Shown here: piece by piece, positions 37,501-51,189 of the stretch | Layout: each line of letters opens with the position of its first letter | Position numbering within the stretch: the stretch's first letter is position 1 | From: Macrostomum hystrix | Taxonomy: Eukaryota > Animalia > Platyhelminthes | NCBI GenBank assembly: GCA_950097015.1 | Contig: CATNEN010000007.1 | Coordinates: 868,001-932,000 of the forward strand | Reading direction: 5' to 3' | DNA: 64,000 nucleotides | Program-made: the position numbers and the translations under genes | Notes under the pieces: model-generated | Seen by the model: the letters and a program-made list of their open reading frames with translations, nothing else | Told to the model about the DNA's origin: nothing | Databases searched by the model: none

Positions 37501-38467
37501 TGCAGCGTCAACAAGTACGATGTGTTCCCGGATAGAGCACCTTGGCCCTCCAATCCAAGGCTGGCTGAATTCATGGTCAACCGGTTTGCCAGACGAATTC
37601 AAGCTGGTTTAATTCCAGAAGAAAGTAAAAGCAGAATTCTCCAGCGGTTGATTTTCAAAACTGACGAATACTTTACAAGCCCATCCATAAGCGTTATCGA
37701 CCTGCATGTTGCCAGCACCAAGGCCTCAGTGACCGAGGAGTCTTTGTCCTACGAGTTGCGGAACCTATTCTCTGACCTTGGAGGCATTCTCGGTAAAGTT
37801 TACAGACTTTAAAGTTTAAACTACTAAGTTCTGCAATCTCAAGTATCTATATCAGAGGTCCGCAAACTTATTAGCTAGCGGGCCAAAGAGAGAACCTAAA
37901 AGACGACAGCGGGCCGCATTGACTGTAGATGGGGAGAGATGAGACAGAGAAGAGATGACAGGGGGAGACGAGACACCAGAGAGATGAGACACAGGAGAGA
38001 TATGAGACAAGGAGACATGAGATACAGGAGAGTCGAGACACAGGAGAGATGAGACACGGGAGAGATGAGACACGGGAGAGATGAGACACGGGAGAGATGA
38101 GACACAGGATAGATGAGACACAGGATAGATGAGACACAGGATAGATGAGACACGGGAGAGATGAGACACGGGAGAGATGAGACACAGGATAGATGAGACA
38201 CAGGGGAGATGAGACACAGGATAGATGAGACACGGGAGAGATGATACAGGATACTGGATTTGGGAACTTTGAGGGCCGCATCTGGCCTAAGGGCCGGAGT
38301 TTGCCGACCTCTGATCTAAATAAATGATTTCGCATTGAACTTCCACAGGTCTGTGGATAGGAACCTCGGTGATTACCGTTCTGGAGCTTCTAGAATTTGT
38401 TGGGCAGCTATTCGCAGCTGGCGCAATCTGGATTCAAGCGAAGCTCAAACGAGCTGAGCAGCAATGA
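34558..38467 (+). CDS. DEG/ENaC (ASIC/FaNaC-related) sodium channel. Exons 34558-34975, 35145-35397, 35889-36049, 36118-36452, 36815-36984, 37287-37792 (acceptor uncertain), 38349-38467
   Basis: TSAHG pre-TM1 motif, TM1, FPTVTIC, Cys-rich thumb, and LFSDLGGILGLWIGTSVITVLE TM2. Phases are compatible. Confidence 0.9.
35627..35793 (-). mobile_element. SINE family B, 5' part
   Basis: Minus strand gggggtcagtggcagagcggtctaacgcg..ggttcgattcc. Confidence 0.8.
37853..38313. mobile_element. hAT (Charlie-like) MITE containing an 18-bp minisatellite
   Basis: TIRs cagaggtccgcaaact / agtttgccgacctctg (15/16). 8-bp TSD atctatat / atctaaat (7/8). Internal (GAGATGAGACACGGGAGA)n. Confidence 0.85.
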
Positions 38468-38577
38468 AAGCTTAAACAAATAAATGAATTTTTTAAACTC
38501 AACTATTGAAACATTAAAGAAACATGTGAGAGACACTGCAGACCGATTCACTCTGATCCGTTTGCATAAGACAAACT

Positions 38578-38819
<242 letters not shown>

Positions 38820-39177
38820 GAGACTTCTACTAGTGAGACTTCTACTCGAAACAGCGTCCCGCTTACTGTTTATGTTCACCTGAAACACAATGGCAAATAT
38901 AAGACAACCTTTCATTTCTATAGGTTAGATTTCTATTTATGTCAGATAGCGAACCAATTGTCTTTGACAGTCCCGCTTTTACCCTCAATCTCATTCCTTA
39001 GTTTTGGTTTGGCAGGCAACTCGGATGAAAAGATTTATATGAATTGGAGCTGTCTACTGAGCATACTGAGCTCAAAGCTAGGTTATTATTTAAAGCTACA
39101 CGGTAGCCTGACAGTGAAGTATTTCTTACAAGGATTTCCTGCTTTGAATTTTATAAGACGTTCAACCACTTTATCGA

Positions 39178-41613
39178 ATGCGGTTTCAAGCTCTGCTACT
39201 TCTAGCTTGCGTGCCATGGCAAGTATGCAGTGGTAAGAACATTTGTGATAACAGGGTCAGGAATTCCATTGTCTGGAATTGCAGTGTCAGGGATTGCAGT
39301 GTCAGGGATTCCAGTGTCAGGAATTCCATTGTCAGGTATTGCAGTGTCAGGGATTCCAGTGTCAGGAATTCCATTGTCTGGAATTGCAGTGTCAGGGATT
39401 GCAGTGTCAGGGATTCCAGTGTCAGGAATTCCATTGTCAGGTATTGCAGTGTCAGGGATTCCAGTGTCAGGGATTCCAGTGTCAGGAATTCCATTGTCTG
39501 GAATTGCAGTGTCAGGGATTGCAGTGTCAGGGATTCCAGTGTCAGGAATTCCATTGTCAGGTATTGCAGTGTCAGGGATTCCAGTGTCAGGAATTCCATT
39601 GTCAGGTATTGCAGTGTCAGGGATTCCAGTGTCAGGGATTCCAGTGTCAGGGATTCCAGTGTCAGGGATTCCAGTGTCAGGGATTCCAGTGTCAGGGATT
39701 CCAGTGTCAGGGATTGCAGTGTCAGGGACTCCAGTGTCAGGGATTCCAGTGTCAGGGATTTCAGTGTCAGGGATTTCAGTGTCAGGGATTCCAGTGTCAG
39801 GGATTCCAGTGTCAGGGATTACAGTGTCAGGGACTCCAGTGTCAGGGATTGCAGTGTCAGGGACTCCAGTGTCAGGGATTCCAGTGTCAGGGATTCCAGT
39901 GTCAGGGATTCCAGTGTCAGGGATTGCAGTGTCAGGGACTCCAGTGTCAGGGATTCCAGTGTCAGGGATTTCAGTGTCAGGGATTTCAGTGTCAGGGATT
40001 CCAGTGTCAGGGACTCCAGTGTCAGGGATTCCAGTGTCAGGGATTTCAGTGTCAGGGATTCCAGTGTCAGGGATTCCAGTGTCAGGGATTTCAGTGTCAG
40101 GGATTTCAGTGTCAGGGATTCCAGTGTCAGGGATTCCAGTGTCAGGGATTCCAGTGTCAGGGATCCGAGTTTTTATTGCAGCCCTGTCTGATAGCCAGAG
40201 AGGCAGACGGTCATTTGCTTACTTCTGTGACAGTACTAACGAGTTGCACGTGTTGATCCCGGCTGCGAAGTCTTTGACCAAAGCCCGGGTGTGTCTCTAC
40301 AGCCTGACTCGGTTCGACTACCGGCCAATCGTGCTGACGAATATCACATCGGTAAGTTTTCTAAGTTTTCTAACTAACGTAAAACTGAGTCACGGTCTTC
40401 CAAAATCCGCTATTTCATTTCTCATTCTAATAAGTTTTTAGCCGACTGACAAACAAGAAATTTCTCAAGCGGAACTTTTAATTTATCTTTCCATGGTGCA
40501 CTCTTTATTATTGTCTTTAAAAGTGGAAAGACCACATACATATTGGTTTGTATTGGGAAAAAAGGGTGGTTTTTCTACAGTTAAAGGATTTATTTGTACA
40601 CCTAGTCATTTACAATATCAATTCAATTTTCAAAGGTAAAATTCATCGTCAACGACAGCTCAGCGCACATTAAATTCTCTATGCCAAACGAGGCCACCAA
40701 CTCTCGTCAGCTCTTCACGTGGAAGGTGAGTGAATCATGTGGCTATCGTGAGCCAAAAAAATAGTAAAATATAATTTAAAACACGCTCAGATAATAAACA
40801 GAATAAAACTTTTAAGAAATGTCACATTATTTAAATGCCTACTGAAACTACAGAAAAATCTGCAAAACCGTTTTGTTTTATCTTCGCGTCTTGAACAGAT
40901 TCAAGTCTTAAACAGTCTTAAACAGCAACGAGACGCAAATTCAAAGAAGCCATGGCTAGCAAACAACACGCCTGACAACTCCACCACCTGCGACGAATCC
41001 ACGCCGTTGGAGTCGTGCGACCTCGAGGGTTCGTGACCATTTTTTTGAAAATTAACAGTCTAATTGATAGATACATCGACCCAAATTTCTACCCATTTTA
41101 CCATTTTAACAGAACCCAATTGAGTGCCTTGCTGAAAGACGCAAATTGTTGCCTTGTATTATGATTCGAACTCTCCACCTATCTAGTAAAAAGTCCGAGG
41201 CTTTGGAAGTTCCCTTTCGTAATGGGCTAGAATTCTCCCTAAAAATTCTATCGAAGTTAATTTAAGAGTTACTTCTGGCAAACTAAATTTGAAACTAAAT
41301 TTCAGCCGGCCGCATCACTGAATCATGGTATCGGCAACAAACGCTTCGCACCCAGGAGCTCCAGTGCATCCTATCCTCCAGTCGATTAAAAGCTCTGATG
41401 CATGGCTGCGACTTAGCCGAGCCTCATTCTATGGGAAAGGCTGTGTCGAACGCTCTGATTGCTGCTGTCATTGTCCTTGCATTATTGGTCATTATCGCCA
41501 CTGCGATCTGGTTGAAACAGAGCAGGTTGTTAAAGCGGCAGCAGAGCAGCTCGGTTCCACGGTCCGAAGAAGAAGATTTAGAGGCTGCAGTCTGGGACGA
41601 ATTCCGCGTTTAG
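39178..41613 (+). CDS. Uncharacterised single-pass type I membrane protein (about 250 aa). Exons 39178-39232, 40182-40351, 40636-40725, 40899-41028, 41306-41613
   Basis: Signal-peptide exon, phase-compatible GT-AG junctions, TM segment ALIAAVIVLALLVIIATAIWL followed by a basic stop-transfer, short acidic tail ending WDEFRV. Confidence 0.7.
39255..40165. repeat. 15-bp minisatellite (CAGTGTCAGGGATTC)n in intron 1
   Basis: Tandem units. Confidence 0.95.
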
Positions 41614-42090
41614 TTATTCGAACATTAGACATTACGTTTAGCATCATAAAATCTTCGTTTGTTCGGGTAAAGCATCGTGTATAGCATCGGCAAAGGGGCG
41701 TTGCCAGCGGGGACCGTCCTTCTCGCAGAGAGACCAAGGCCCCTAAATCACAGATGGCACACTAAGAAATTCCGAGTTGCCACCAAAAGTTGATCTCAGA
41801 TGCGATAAATTGTGTTTTTTTGCTTGTTGTTATTAGATTGTAATCATTGCAGTAAATAATCATCAAATTTTTCTCCGCTTATCTGTCAAGCTCGAGCCCT
41901 GCATCATGTATGAAATAAAGTTTAATCCTGAACTATATAATTATGCTTTGAAAGCTGAATTTATCTCAAATCTTGGCCCGAGACATAAATCTCGAATCAA
42001 AATCAATAAGCTCGACCCCAGCTTAGATCTAAAACTAGGTTCTGAGGATAGGGGACTTAAAGAATCGTATCGAGTGCATTAGCCTGACAC

Positions 42091-43231
42091 CAGTGTTGGG
42101 CACTGGTCCGTTAATAAGCGTTAATCCGTTAATAAGCGTTAATAAGCGTTAATTTTTTCTTTAACTTTTAACGGACCATCGTTAATTTAATTTTAGGTAA
42201 ACGGATTAACGATTTTTCGTTAATTTTTTTCTAATTTAACGATGGATGTGGTCCGTTAATTTTTTGCTGAATTCAGAGGCGATTTGCTGCTTCATTCGAC
42301 GATGCCGACTGCCTCCTCAGCGCCAGTTTCCAACCCAAGTTCCGGCTGGGGTGGCTCCAGAAGTTCCATCCTGAGAAGGCGGGGCCTGTCCGAGTCATGA
42401 TGCAACGCACTGTCCAAGACTGCATTGAAGAGAGTGACGATGCCAGCAGTGGCCCAGGATCATGCGCATCTGCCGGAGCAGAGCAGATTACCGACTGTGC
42501 CAGTGAGTTTGTTGACGACCTCATTCAAACTGCAAATTCCTGCACGACTGACAAGCCGACCTCAGATAGCAAGGCGCGCAGCACTGTGCAGGCGTGGATT
42601 GACAGCCCTTACAAGGCTGACGACAAGTTGACAGACAAGGCATTTCTGTACGAGCAGCACCTGATTCGGCTCTTCGCCCGGTACAATACGCCAATACCAT
42701 CAAGTGCTGCTGTGGAGCGGATGTTCTCCACGTGCAAAGACATCCTCGGTGCTAAACGAGCGCCTTTATCGGACCAGATGCTGAGTCAGTTGACTTTTCT
42801 ACGCGGCAACCAGCATCTGACTCTGTGCAGTCGAAAGTAAAGACTCAAGTGACGAAGTGGCATCTGGCATGACATTCTGCTGAAAAATGAAATATATGTG
42901 ACGTATAATCTTTTCCATCTTTTGATTCTTTTCCAACGTTACATTGCATGTAAAAGAAAAAGCGATGAACTCAAGAAATGAGTGAAACTTACTACAATCT
43001 TCGTGCAACTTCAAAGCAGTGCTGTAAAAAGGGGCAAAAGTATGCTAAAGGGGAAATTCATCGTCATTTGCAACACAGAAGATTTTTAACGCTTATTAAC
43101 GTTTAACTGCTAACTTCCGTTAAATTTATCAAACATTTAACGGAAGTTAAAGTTAAAAGTTAAATTTTTTTTATCGTTAACGCTTAATAACTTAACGAAG
43201 TTAAGAAAAATATTAACGATGCCCAACACTG
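42091..43231 (+). mobile_element. Internally deleted hAT transposon retaining the last transposase exon (about 42277-42840)
   Basis: Perfect 12-bp TIR cagtgttgggca, perfect 8-bp TSD cctgacac (42083-42090, 43232-43239), subterminal taacg repeats. ..SFQPKFRL.. and the dimerisation motif NTPIPSSAAVERMFS..R..LSD. Confidence 0.93.
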
Positions 43232-46200
43232 CCTGACACTGACTCATCACCAGTTTGACTTTGGTGCATAAAAAAGCTATGCCCGACTCTGATCAACAAC
43301 TCAGGACCAGAGACGAGATATCAAAGAGGCATTTATGTTTTATAAATGTGAATTTAAATTAACTATACCTGTCGCATCATATATTGCATGCTTTAGATGT
43401 TATAAATGCTAGCTTCGGATCTAGTTTACTAAGTAAAATAATTGTCAACGCGCTGGCCCAGATTGAGCTCAACATTTCAATCACTTAAACAAGGGTGTTT
43501 TACATCGACCTGAAATTTGGCCTTCAAAAATGATTTCGACATCTTTAAATAAAAAGGCAATCTTTTGATTGTTTTTAAACAAAAATATAAAGCTGCATAC
43601 TTAAGTATAATTACAAATGTCTCTAAACTTCGAAATCAAAATTGCAATGTCACGAAGTTTAAAAATTATATTGAAGGTTGTGTTGTTTGCTAGTACTACT
43701 TTTGCTGTTGATATCAAAATTTTTTATAATGACATAAATGTCATTTCGGTTGGCTAGGTTGCTTTTGGATTTTTTCTTTTCTCTCTCTCCGATATCTAAA
43801 TGTGCATATATTGGATATAGCTAGCAACCTAAGCTAAGCTAGGTAGGTGAATTAATAAGTCTGCTATACGTCCTATCTAAAAACATTTGGTCCTAAGCTA
43901 TACATTCCATAGGCCCCTATTTTAGCCCATAGACATGGGTCACTGTAACTATTCCGTGAACGGGCCCTAGATATTTTTATTTTCTAGGGCTGCAGTATTG
44001 CTGCAGAACTTGCCATCAGCTGCCTCAAAAATGGAAGCCAATTTCTCACTAGAATTTAGGCCGCAAACATTGTTTGTCTATGGCCCATGGATCAATGCTG
44101 TGCAGTATTAAGCAGTACAAGTTTCAACTTTCAAACTTCCTGCCAAAGTTCTTTAATGGTAACCAGCCCAGCCATTTTGGCCATAGCGGCATAAGCATTT
44201 CAGCCAAAAGCCATTTTGGCTTCAAACCATTTTGGCCAGTGGCCACAAACCAGTTGGGCCCCATACTTATTTAAAGTTACAACATTCTTATGGCTAATTT
44301 CCAATTTATTTAAGAGTTGTTAATTTTATTTGATAGCAACAATGGAAAGCACAAATTTGACTTTTAGAATGACAAAGAATTTTAAATACGTGCTCAAAGT
44401 ATTTGCACAGTATAAAAGTAATAAAAGGAAAGGACTTGGTACACAAAGAATCATAAAAACATGAATATTCTGACTAGAATTCCTTTAATCATTAAAGTCA
44501 CCAAAAAACTAATTCTCTGTAACAATGTCACATGCCTCATTTCCTAAAAAAGCAATAGAGACCTGGTTGAATGCATAACAAGTTTGCTGGCAAGTATAAA
44601 CCTCCATTGACCTTCTTAAAAGTCCCATAGAAAAGACTGGTGCAGAGTTTTCACATGTTGTGATGTCAGCTTAAATGGATCTATTCACATCAAAGAAGTC
44701 ATTTAGTCACTCCAATGAGCTTCTCTTGTCATATAGGAACTGGCTATGCAACATTCTTTATCCAAATTTTCAACCAACTGATCTTAAGAGAAATTGCTTC
44801 TACAGCTTCTTAAAGTCAAAATCATCCACTTACTTCTCTATCCTGGTACCAGTAAGTCTGCTTATCATTCCGCTAGACAGCGTGTCCAAATGAAAAAGCT
44901 GGGTCATAGTCATTTCAAAGTTTGTCAGTCAACTGATAATATATTTTCCTTTCCTTAGCTCCCTCTCTATATAACACTGTTTTGTAGGACACAGTCGATG
45001 GTAGTCTAGTAAAAATAAAACAGACTAAGTCAAAAAAGTTTTAGTTCATTCCATAGGATAGGCCCTAAGTGTATATATACTCATACATAGTATAGAACAT
45101 ATTTTTCTAAAAAATTAATTTTAGCTGGCCATGTAGTGTCTCTGCCCACACCCCAGAACTGAATTGAACATTGCCATCAATAAAACAACTAGAAATTAAA
45201 AAAAACGTAGAGATGGCATTAATGCATGGAGAGAAAAACAATGCCTCAATGTGTTAGCAGCACTGCTAAGCCAACTACTGCTATTGTTGCTATAATGCAA
45301 TAAATATAATGCAATAATTTTTAGCATCTAAAGTAATAGAAAAGATTGTGCCTATGGCCAAAACATGAAGGACCGTTGGCTACTAAAATTGGCTTCAGCT
45401 TCAGAGGCTAGTCTGGCATTCTATCTCTAGCAAAATCTATATTCTCTGCTCCTAGTCCCTTCCACCCTTCTCTATTTCACTTTGGGTTTGGCCATAGACA
45501 GCTACACATTGACTACTTCATAAAAAACTTGTGTGAGTTTAATTAATTACTTGCAATGGCTAAGTAATTACTTATCTTTTGTAAAATAATCAAATGTATG
45601 AAACTAGAGGATTGAGCAAATTTTTAATTAGGCCTATCATTTCATTTGCATCACAAAAGTATATTGAGTGATTTTAAATGGTGTATTCTAAGTGTTACAC
45701 TCTAACAAAATAAAATGTCGTAGGCCTGCCAACTGAAATTTACTATGCAACATTCAGTCATATTTACAATGCTTTACAAACACTTTAATGCTACAAAATT
45801 TTGGAGCAAAAATATAATGGTTTTAAAATAAAAATTTATCTTTTTCTTATATGTAATATAACAATGATTTTAAGTTCATATATTCAAATTTCAGTTATTC
45901 TGTAAATGAGCAAACAACTAATTCAACTGAACAAGTATAATAAAAACATGTTTCAAAATATTTTGTTAACTAGTTTAACTTAATTTTTGTTGTCTAAAAG
46001 CCTAACTTTGTCAATAGCTACTAAGTTAAAGATATATAAAGTTTGTGCCCAACACTGACAAATATACAGCTACTTAATAATAAATTTTTTTTAATTGAAC
46101 TATATTTTTTCTCATTGTAATTGGTCTGTTGCAATTGAAATGGATTAATATAATTTTGGTGTAAAAGTAAATAGGAGCTTGCTAATATTTTATTTAATAC

Positions 46201-46773
46201 TACAGAGAAAATGAATAGAAGGAAAGACGCAAGCAAGCTTGACCTAAATAATGTTAGTATTTTGCTAAAAAAGTCTAATTTTGTAAAAAAATAAAATGTT
46301 TGCTCTAAAAAAACTTTTTTATTTTACTTGATCCAAATTCTCAGAAGGCAGGTAGCATGCAAGGACAACTAAATTGTAGTTTTATGTATGATAGAATGGA
46401 TGAATTTTTTCTCCCTTTTTTATGTTATGTAACATTATATCATGTAGCTTTATCTATTTTTGTGTAGCAATAGCAAAAATCAAATTAAAATTTTTCTTTT
46501 AAATTAAAAATTGCACATAACTGGAATGATTTATGGGACAGTACTTCATAAAATATAAGTATAAGTCATAACAAAACTTCTGATAATTGTGTATAAACAA
46601 ATTAATTTAGTGTGTAAAGCTGTCAAATTAATTTAAATTCCTTTATTTTTTTTACATTAGCAGCAAAGCGATATTTTAAACCGCCCAAAACTCACCGATT
46701 TTAACTGCAGTAACTAGTTCTACAGCGGCTCTGTACAACTAGATAGAATCAGAGGCGCGGACTCCCCCAGCAA

Positions 46774-49260
46774 ATGAAGGTGAAACGGCTGGCTAACGCC
46801 GCTGGCGTTGCCCTTCCACTTGACGCCACTGCGCAGGAGAGCCTAGACGGCGTTGATGCCACCGGAGGCGTCGTAGGTGGCGCCAACAGGTCCGTACTAT
46901 TGGACGAGGATGAAGATCAGATCGACTTGGACGAGTTCATTCAGCAGATGATGCAGGAAAATGGGGCTGGTGGCGAGGGTCTCCTGGGTGACGACATGGC
47001 CCAGCTGCCATTGGCTGTGCCGCCAGAGCAGCAGCAGCAGCATCAGTTCTTTACAGGGCAGCCCCTCCAGGCGCCTGTACAGTCGTTATTATCTGGCCAG
47101 GCAAATGGTTACGCAGCTGAGCAGTATCGTTTCCATGGTAACTATGCTGGTCAGCCAGCTGGGGGTCAGATTCTAGTGACAATTCCGGCTTCCCAGCAAC
47201 AGCAGCAGCAAACTGCTGGTACTGCCGCATCCACAATGTTTCCTCTGTCTGGACCGCAATCGCTGAGTTCCGAGTTTATGCAGCAGCACCAGCAAGTGGC
47301 TCAGGTGTCGCAGCAACTACCGGTTAGCGGCATTCGAGCGGCTATCAATCTGCGGAAGCGGCCTCTGCCGCCACAGCAACAGCAAATAGTGCAGGATTTG
47401 ACTGAGACCGACTTTGCCGTGGATACTAAACCTAGTCTGCCTCTACTGCAGCAGCAGAAGCAGAAGCAGGCAACATCTTCTGTTGGTGGCGATTCCGCAG
47501 CTACTATGACAGATGTCGGCGGCGGTGGCGACTCAAATGTTGAAGATCGAAGCGAACGGAAGCGATTGAAAAATGCTCAACTGGCTAGGTGATTGCTTAT
47601 TCTCAGTTTAGAGTTCTTGTTTTGTTTAAAACAATTCTTATCCAGTGGTTGTACGAGTATCAGGGGACTAAACAATGTAAAGTCAAAATATTGGATTTTT
47701 GTTAAGCCGTTGATTTTTTTTTGTGTGTCTTATCATTTAGTTTAGATTCGGTCGCCTAGATATGCGTGGATCTGGTTTCATGAAGTTGTGGGTCATGTCA
47801 CTTAAGTATGGGTCATGTCGCTTAAGTATGGGTCATGTCACTCAAGTATGGGTCATGTCACTCAAGTATGGGTCATGTCACTTAAGTATGGGTCATGTCG
47901 CTTAAGTATGGGTCATGTCACTCAAGTATGGGTTATGTCACTTAAGTATGGGTCATGTCACTTAAGTATGGGTCATGTCACTTAAGTATGGGTCATGTCA
48001 CTTAAGTATGGGTCATGTCACTCAAGTATGGGTTATGTCACTTAAGTATGGGTCATGTCACTTAAGTATTGGTCATGTCACTTAAGTATGGGTCATGTCA
48101 CTCAAGTATGGGTTATGTCACTTAAGTATGGGTCATGTCACTTAAGTATGGGTCATGTCACTTAAGTATGGGTCATGTCACTCAAGTATGGGTCATGTCA
48201 CTCAAGTATGGGTCATGTCACTCAAGTATGGGTTATGTCACTTAAGTATGGGTCATGTCACTTAAGTATGGGTCATGTCACTTAAGTATGGGTCATGTCA
48301 CTTAAGTATGGGTCATGTCACTTAAGTATGGGTCATGTCACTCAAGTATGGGTTATGTCACATAAGTATGGGTTATGTCAATATTTTATGGGCCGTGTCA
48401 CTTAAGTATTGATTACGTTAATTATGTATGGGTCATCTCAATCATGTATGGGTCATGTCACTTAAGTATGGGTCATGTCACTTAAGTATGGGTCATGTCA
48501 CTTAAGTATGGGTCATGTCACTTAAGTATGGGTCATGTCACTTAAGTATGGGTCATGTCACTTAAGTATGGGTCATGTCACTCAAGTATGGGTTATGTCA
48601 CTTAAGTATGGGTCATGTCACTTAAGTATGGGTCATGTCACTTAAGTATGGGTTATGTCACATAAGTATGGGTTATGTCAATATTTTATGGGCCGTGTCA
48701 CTTAAGTATTGATTACGTTAATTATGTATGGGTCATCTCAATCATGTATGGGTCATGTCACTCAGATGTAGGTCAAATCTAAAGCATTCTATTGCGTCAC
48801 GCCGCCTCATTTGAACTCTAGGGAGAATCGCGAAAAGAAGAAGCAGCACGTGCATGAGCTGGAGTCGCGAGTTCGAGAGCTTGAAACCGCGCTTGCCGGC
48901 TCGCGCGAACGAGAAGCCAGCCTGTCGAATGAATTGAGCTCGGCGAAGCGGCACAATAACTATCTGCTGTCTGTGCTGTACAGGCAGAGTGAATTGGCCT
49001 CCTTCCTGTCCACTGTTCCAGCCCTGGTGTCCAGGGAGCGCCGCCTCCAGCTGCAGCAGCCTCAGCAGGCGACTACAAGAGACACTGACAGTCAGACTAG
49101 CACTGGCGGCATCTGCTTGCACCTGGACAATGCTGAGACTATCTCCGTGCTGCTGTGCGACAAATGCGCCACCCTTGGCACGAGCACTGCTTTCAGTGGC
49201 GCCACCCAGCCTTCATCATTGGCTAGCAACTCCTCAATGCAGCAGCAGCAGTCTCTTTGA
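46774..49260 (+). CDS. CREBZF: bZIP transcription factor, CREBZF/Zhangfei-like (exons 46774-47588, 48822-49260)
   Basis: Basic region KNAQLAR|ENREKKKQHVHELESRV across a phase-2 intron. CREBZF-type C-terminus YLLSVL..SELASFL..GGICLHLD..ISVLLCDKC. Confidence 0.88.
47790..48763. repeat. 20-bp minisatellite (CTTAAGTATGGGTCATGTCA)n
   Basis: Tandem units in the CREBZF intron. A diverged block at 48361 recurs at 48661. Confidence 0.95.
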
Positions 49261-49417
49261 CCGATTAGCGTTAATATGTACTTATTTACCAGAATTTTGT
49301 AATTTATTATCTATAGCAACATTAGAGTTTAAATAGGTGCGATAATTAGCTAGTTATAAACGGATGTATGAGCTATCATTGACTGACTTTCAAAATCTAA
49401 TTATAGATAAAGTTTGT

Positions 49418-49618
49418 GAGGTGATATTTACAGGTGTGACCTAGGTGCTAATTATCATGGATAAGGTCTGTGGGGTGACATTTACAGGTGTGACCTAGGT
49501 GCTAATTATCATGGATAAGGTCTGTGGGGTGACATTTACAGGTGTGACCTAGGTGCTAATTATCATGGATGAGGTTTGTGGGGTGATATTTACAGGTGTT
49601 ACCTAGGTGCTAATTATG
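49418..49618. repeat. 54-bp tandem repeat, about 3.7 copies
   Basis: tttacaggtg at 49427 and 49481 (54-bp period). Confidence 0.9.
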
Positions 49619-50571
49619 AATGAGGTTTCGATCTAAGTAAGATTTTCATTATCATAGGTAGGATAAAATTGCTAATTATTAAAATAAATGAAGAAATTAT
49701 TAAGAAAAAAAATGTATAAAGCTTGCAAGCTTGCCTATCGATCTGGCTTGCATTAGTCTTTCAATTCCTTCATCTTGTTATGCTATCCATAGCTAAAAAT
49801 AAGCATTGAAAAGAGATTTCTATGTACTATGGCACAAACACTGGCATACGAGCTAGTTACCGTTTTGCTTGTCTTAGTAAACAAATCAATGAGGTAACGC
49901 ACATAGGTTCTATTGCATTTCACATTTAGCATACTTTGTCATTTTAATTATTGATCTTACATTTAAATCATGACTTAACATGTAAAGATGAAGTGCCTAC
50001 TTAAAGAGGCCGCTAGTAGCTATGAGTTGTACATTATATTCTGAAGCAGTTATTTTTAGACACATAATATACATTGATTTGGAATATGTTTCTTCTGCAT
50101 TAGACTGTGTTATGAAATTTAACTGTCATTGCTAAACTGTATGTACATAAACATAAATAGTTTTTACTATTTTACTGTTTCTTCTAGAAAGTTAGTTTTA
50201 ACTGACTTTGTTCGAGAATATGAGTTTATAAGAACCTTTCCAAAGCCTGTTTCAAAACTATTTCAATTTTTATCAGCTGTACATTCTTTTTATTAATCAC
50301 TTAATTATTCATTATTGTACATAGCAGTTTTATAGCAATTTGAAATTGTGCACAAGATTTTATCTTTTGTAAATGTCTCATTGCGGTCATTGCTCACGCG
50401 GATGATTGCAAAAATCATTTATTTTTGCCTTTTCATTAGTCTAGATTGCTTATTTATGCGACTTTGTGTGTTCATTTGTAGAAAAGAAACGAAAATATAC
50501 TGAAATATATTTATACATTCTTTTTTAGCTTGTTTTTATAATCCTCTTTTTAAAAAAAATAGAAGTTTTCC

Positions 50572-51170
50572 ATGGGATTATTCAGTTATCTATGGGGATC
50601 ATTCAGTTATCTATGGGGATTATTCAATTATCTTAGGGGATCATTCAGTTATCTTTGGGGATCATTCAGTTATCTTTGGGGATCATTCAGTTATCTTTGG
50701 GATCATTCAGTTATCTTTGGGGATCATTCAGTTATCTTTGGGTATCGTTCAGTTATCCATGAGGATCATTCAATTATCCATGGGAATCATTCAGTTATCC
50801 GTGGGAATCATTCAGTTATCCGTGGGGATCATTCAGTTATCTTTGGGGATCATTCAATTATCTTTGGGGATCATTCAGTTATCTTAGGGGATCATTCAGT
50901 TATCTTTGGGGATCATTCAGTTATCTTTGGGGATCATTCAGTTATCTTTGGGGATCATTCAGTTATCTTTGGGGATCATTCAGTTATCTTTGGGGATCAT
51001 TCAGTTATCTTTGGGGATCATTCAGTTATCTTTGGGGATCATTCAGTTATCTATGGGTATCGTTCAGTTATCCATGAGGATCATTCAATTATCCATGGGA
51101 ATCATTCAGTTATCCGTGGGAATCATTCAGTTATCCGTGGGAATCATTCAGTTATCCGTGGGAATCATTA
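50572..51170. repeat. 21-bp minisatellite (GGGGATCATTCAGTTATCTTT)n
   Basis: Tandem units ending at the IER3IP1 acceptor. Confidence 0.95.
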
Positions 51171-51189
51171 CAGTCCTCCAGTCGCAGGC

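Noticed and set aside
44500-44950. Stop-riddled minus-strand coding-like sequence
   Set aside because: Too degraded to assign to a family.
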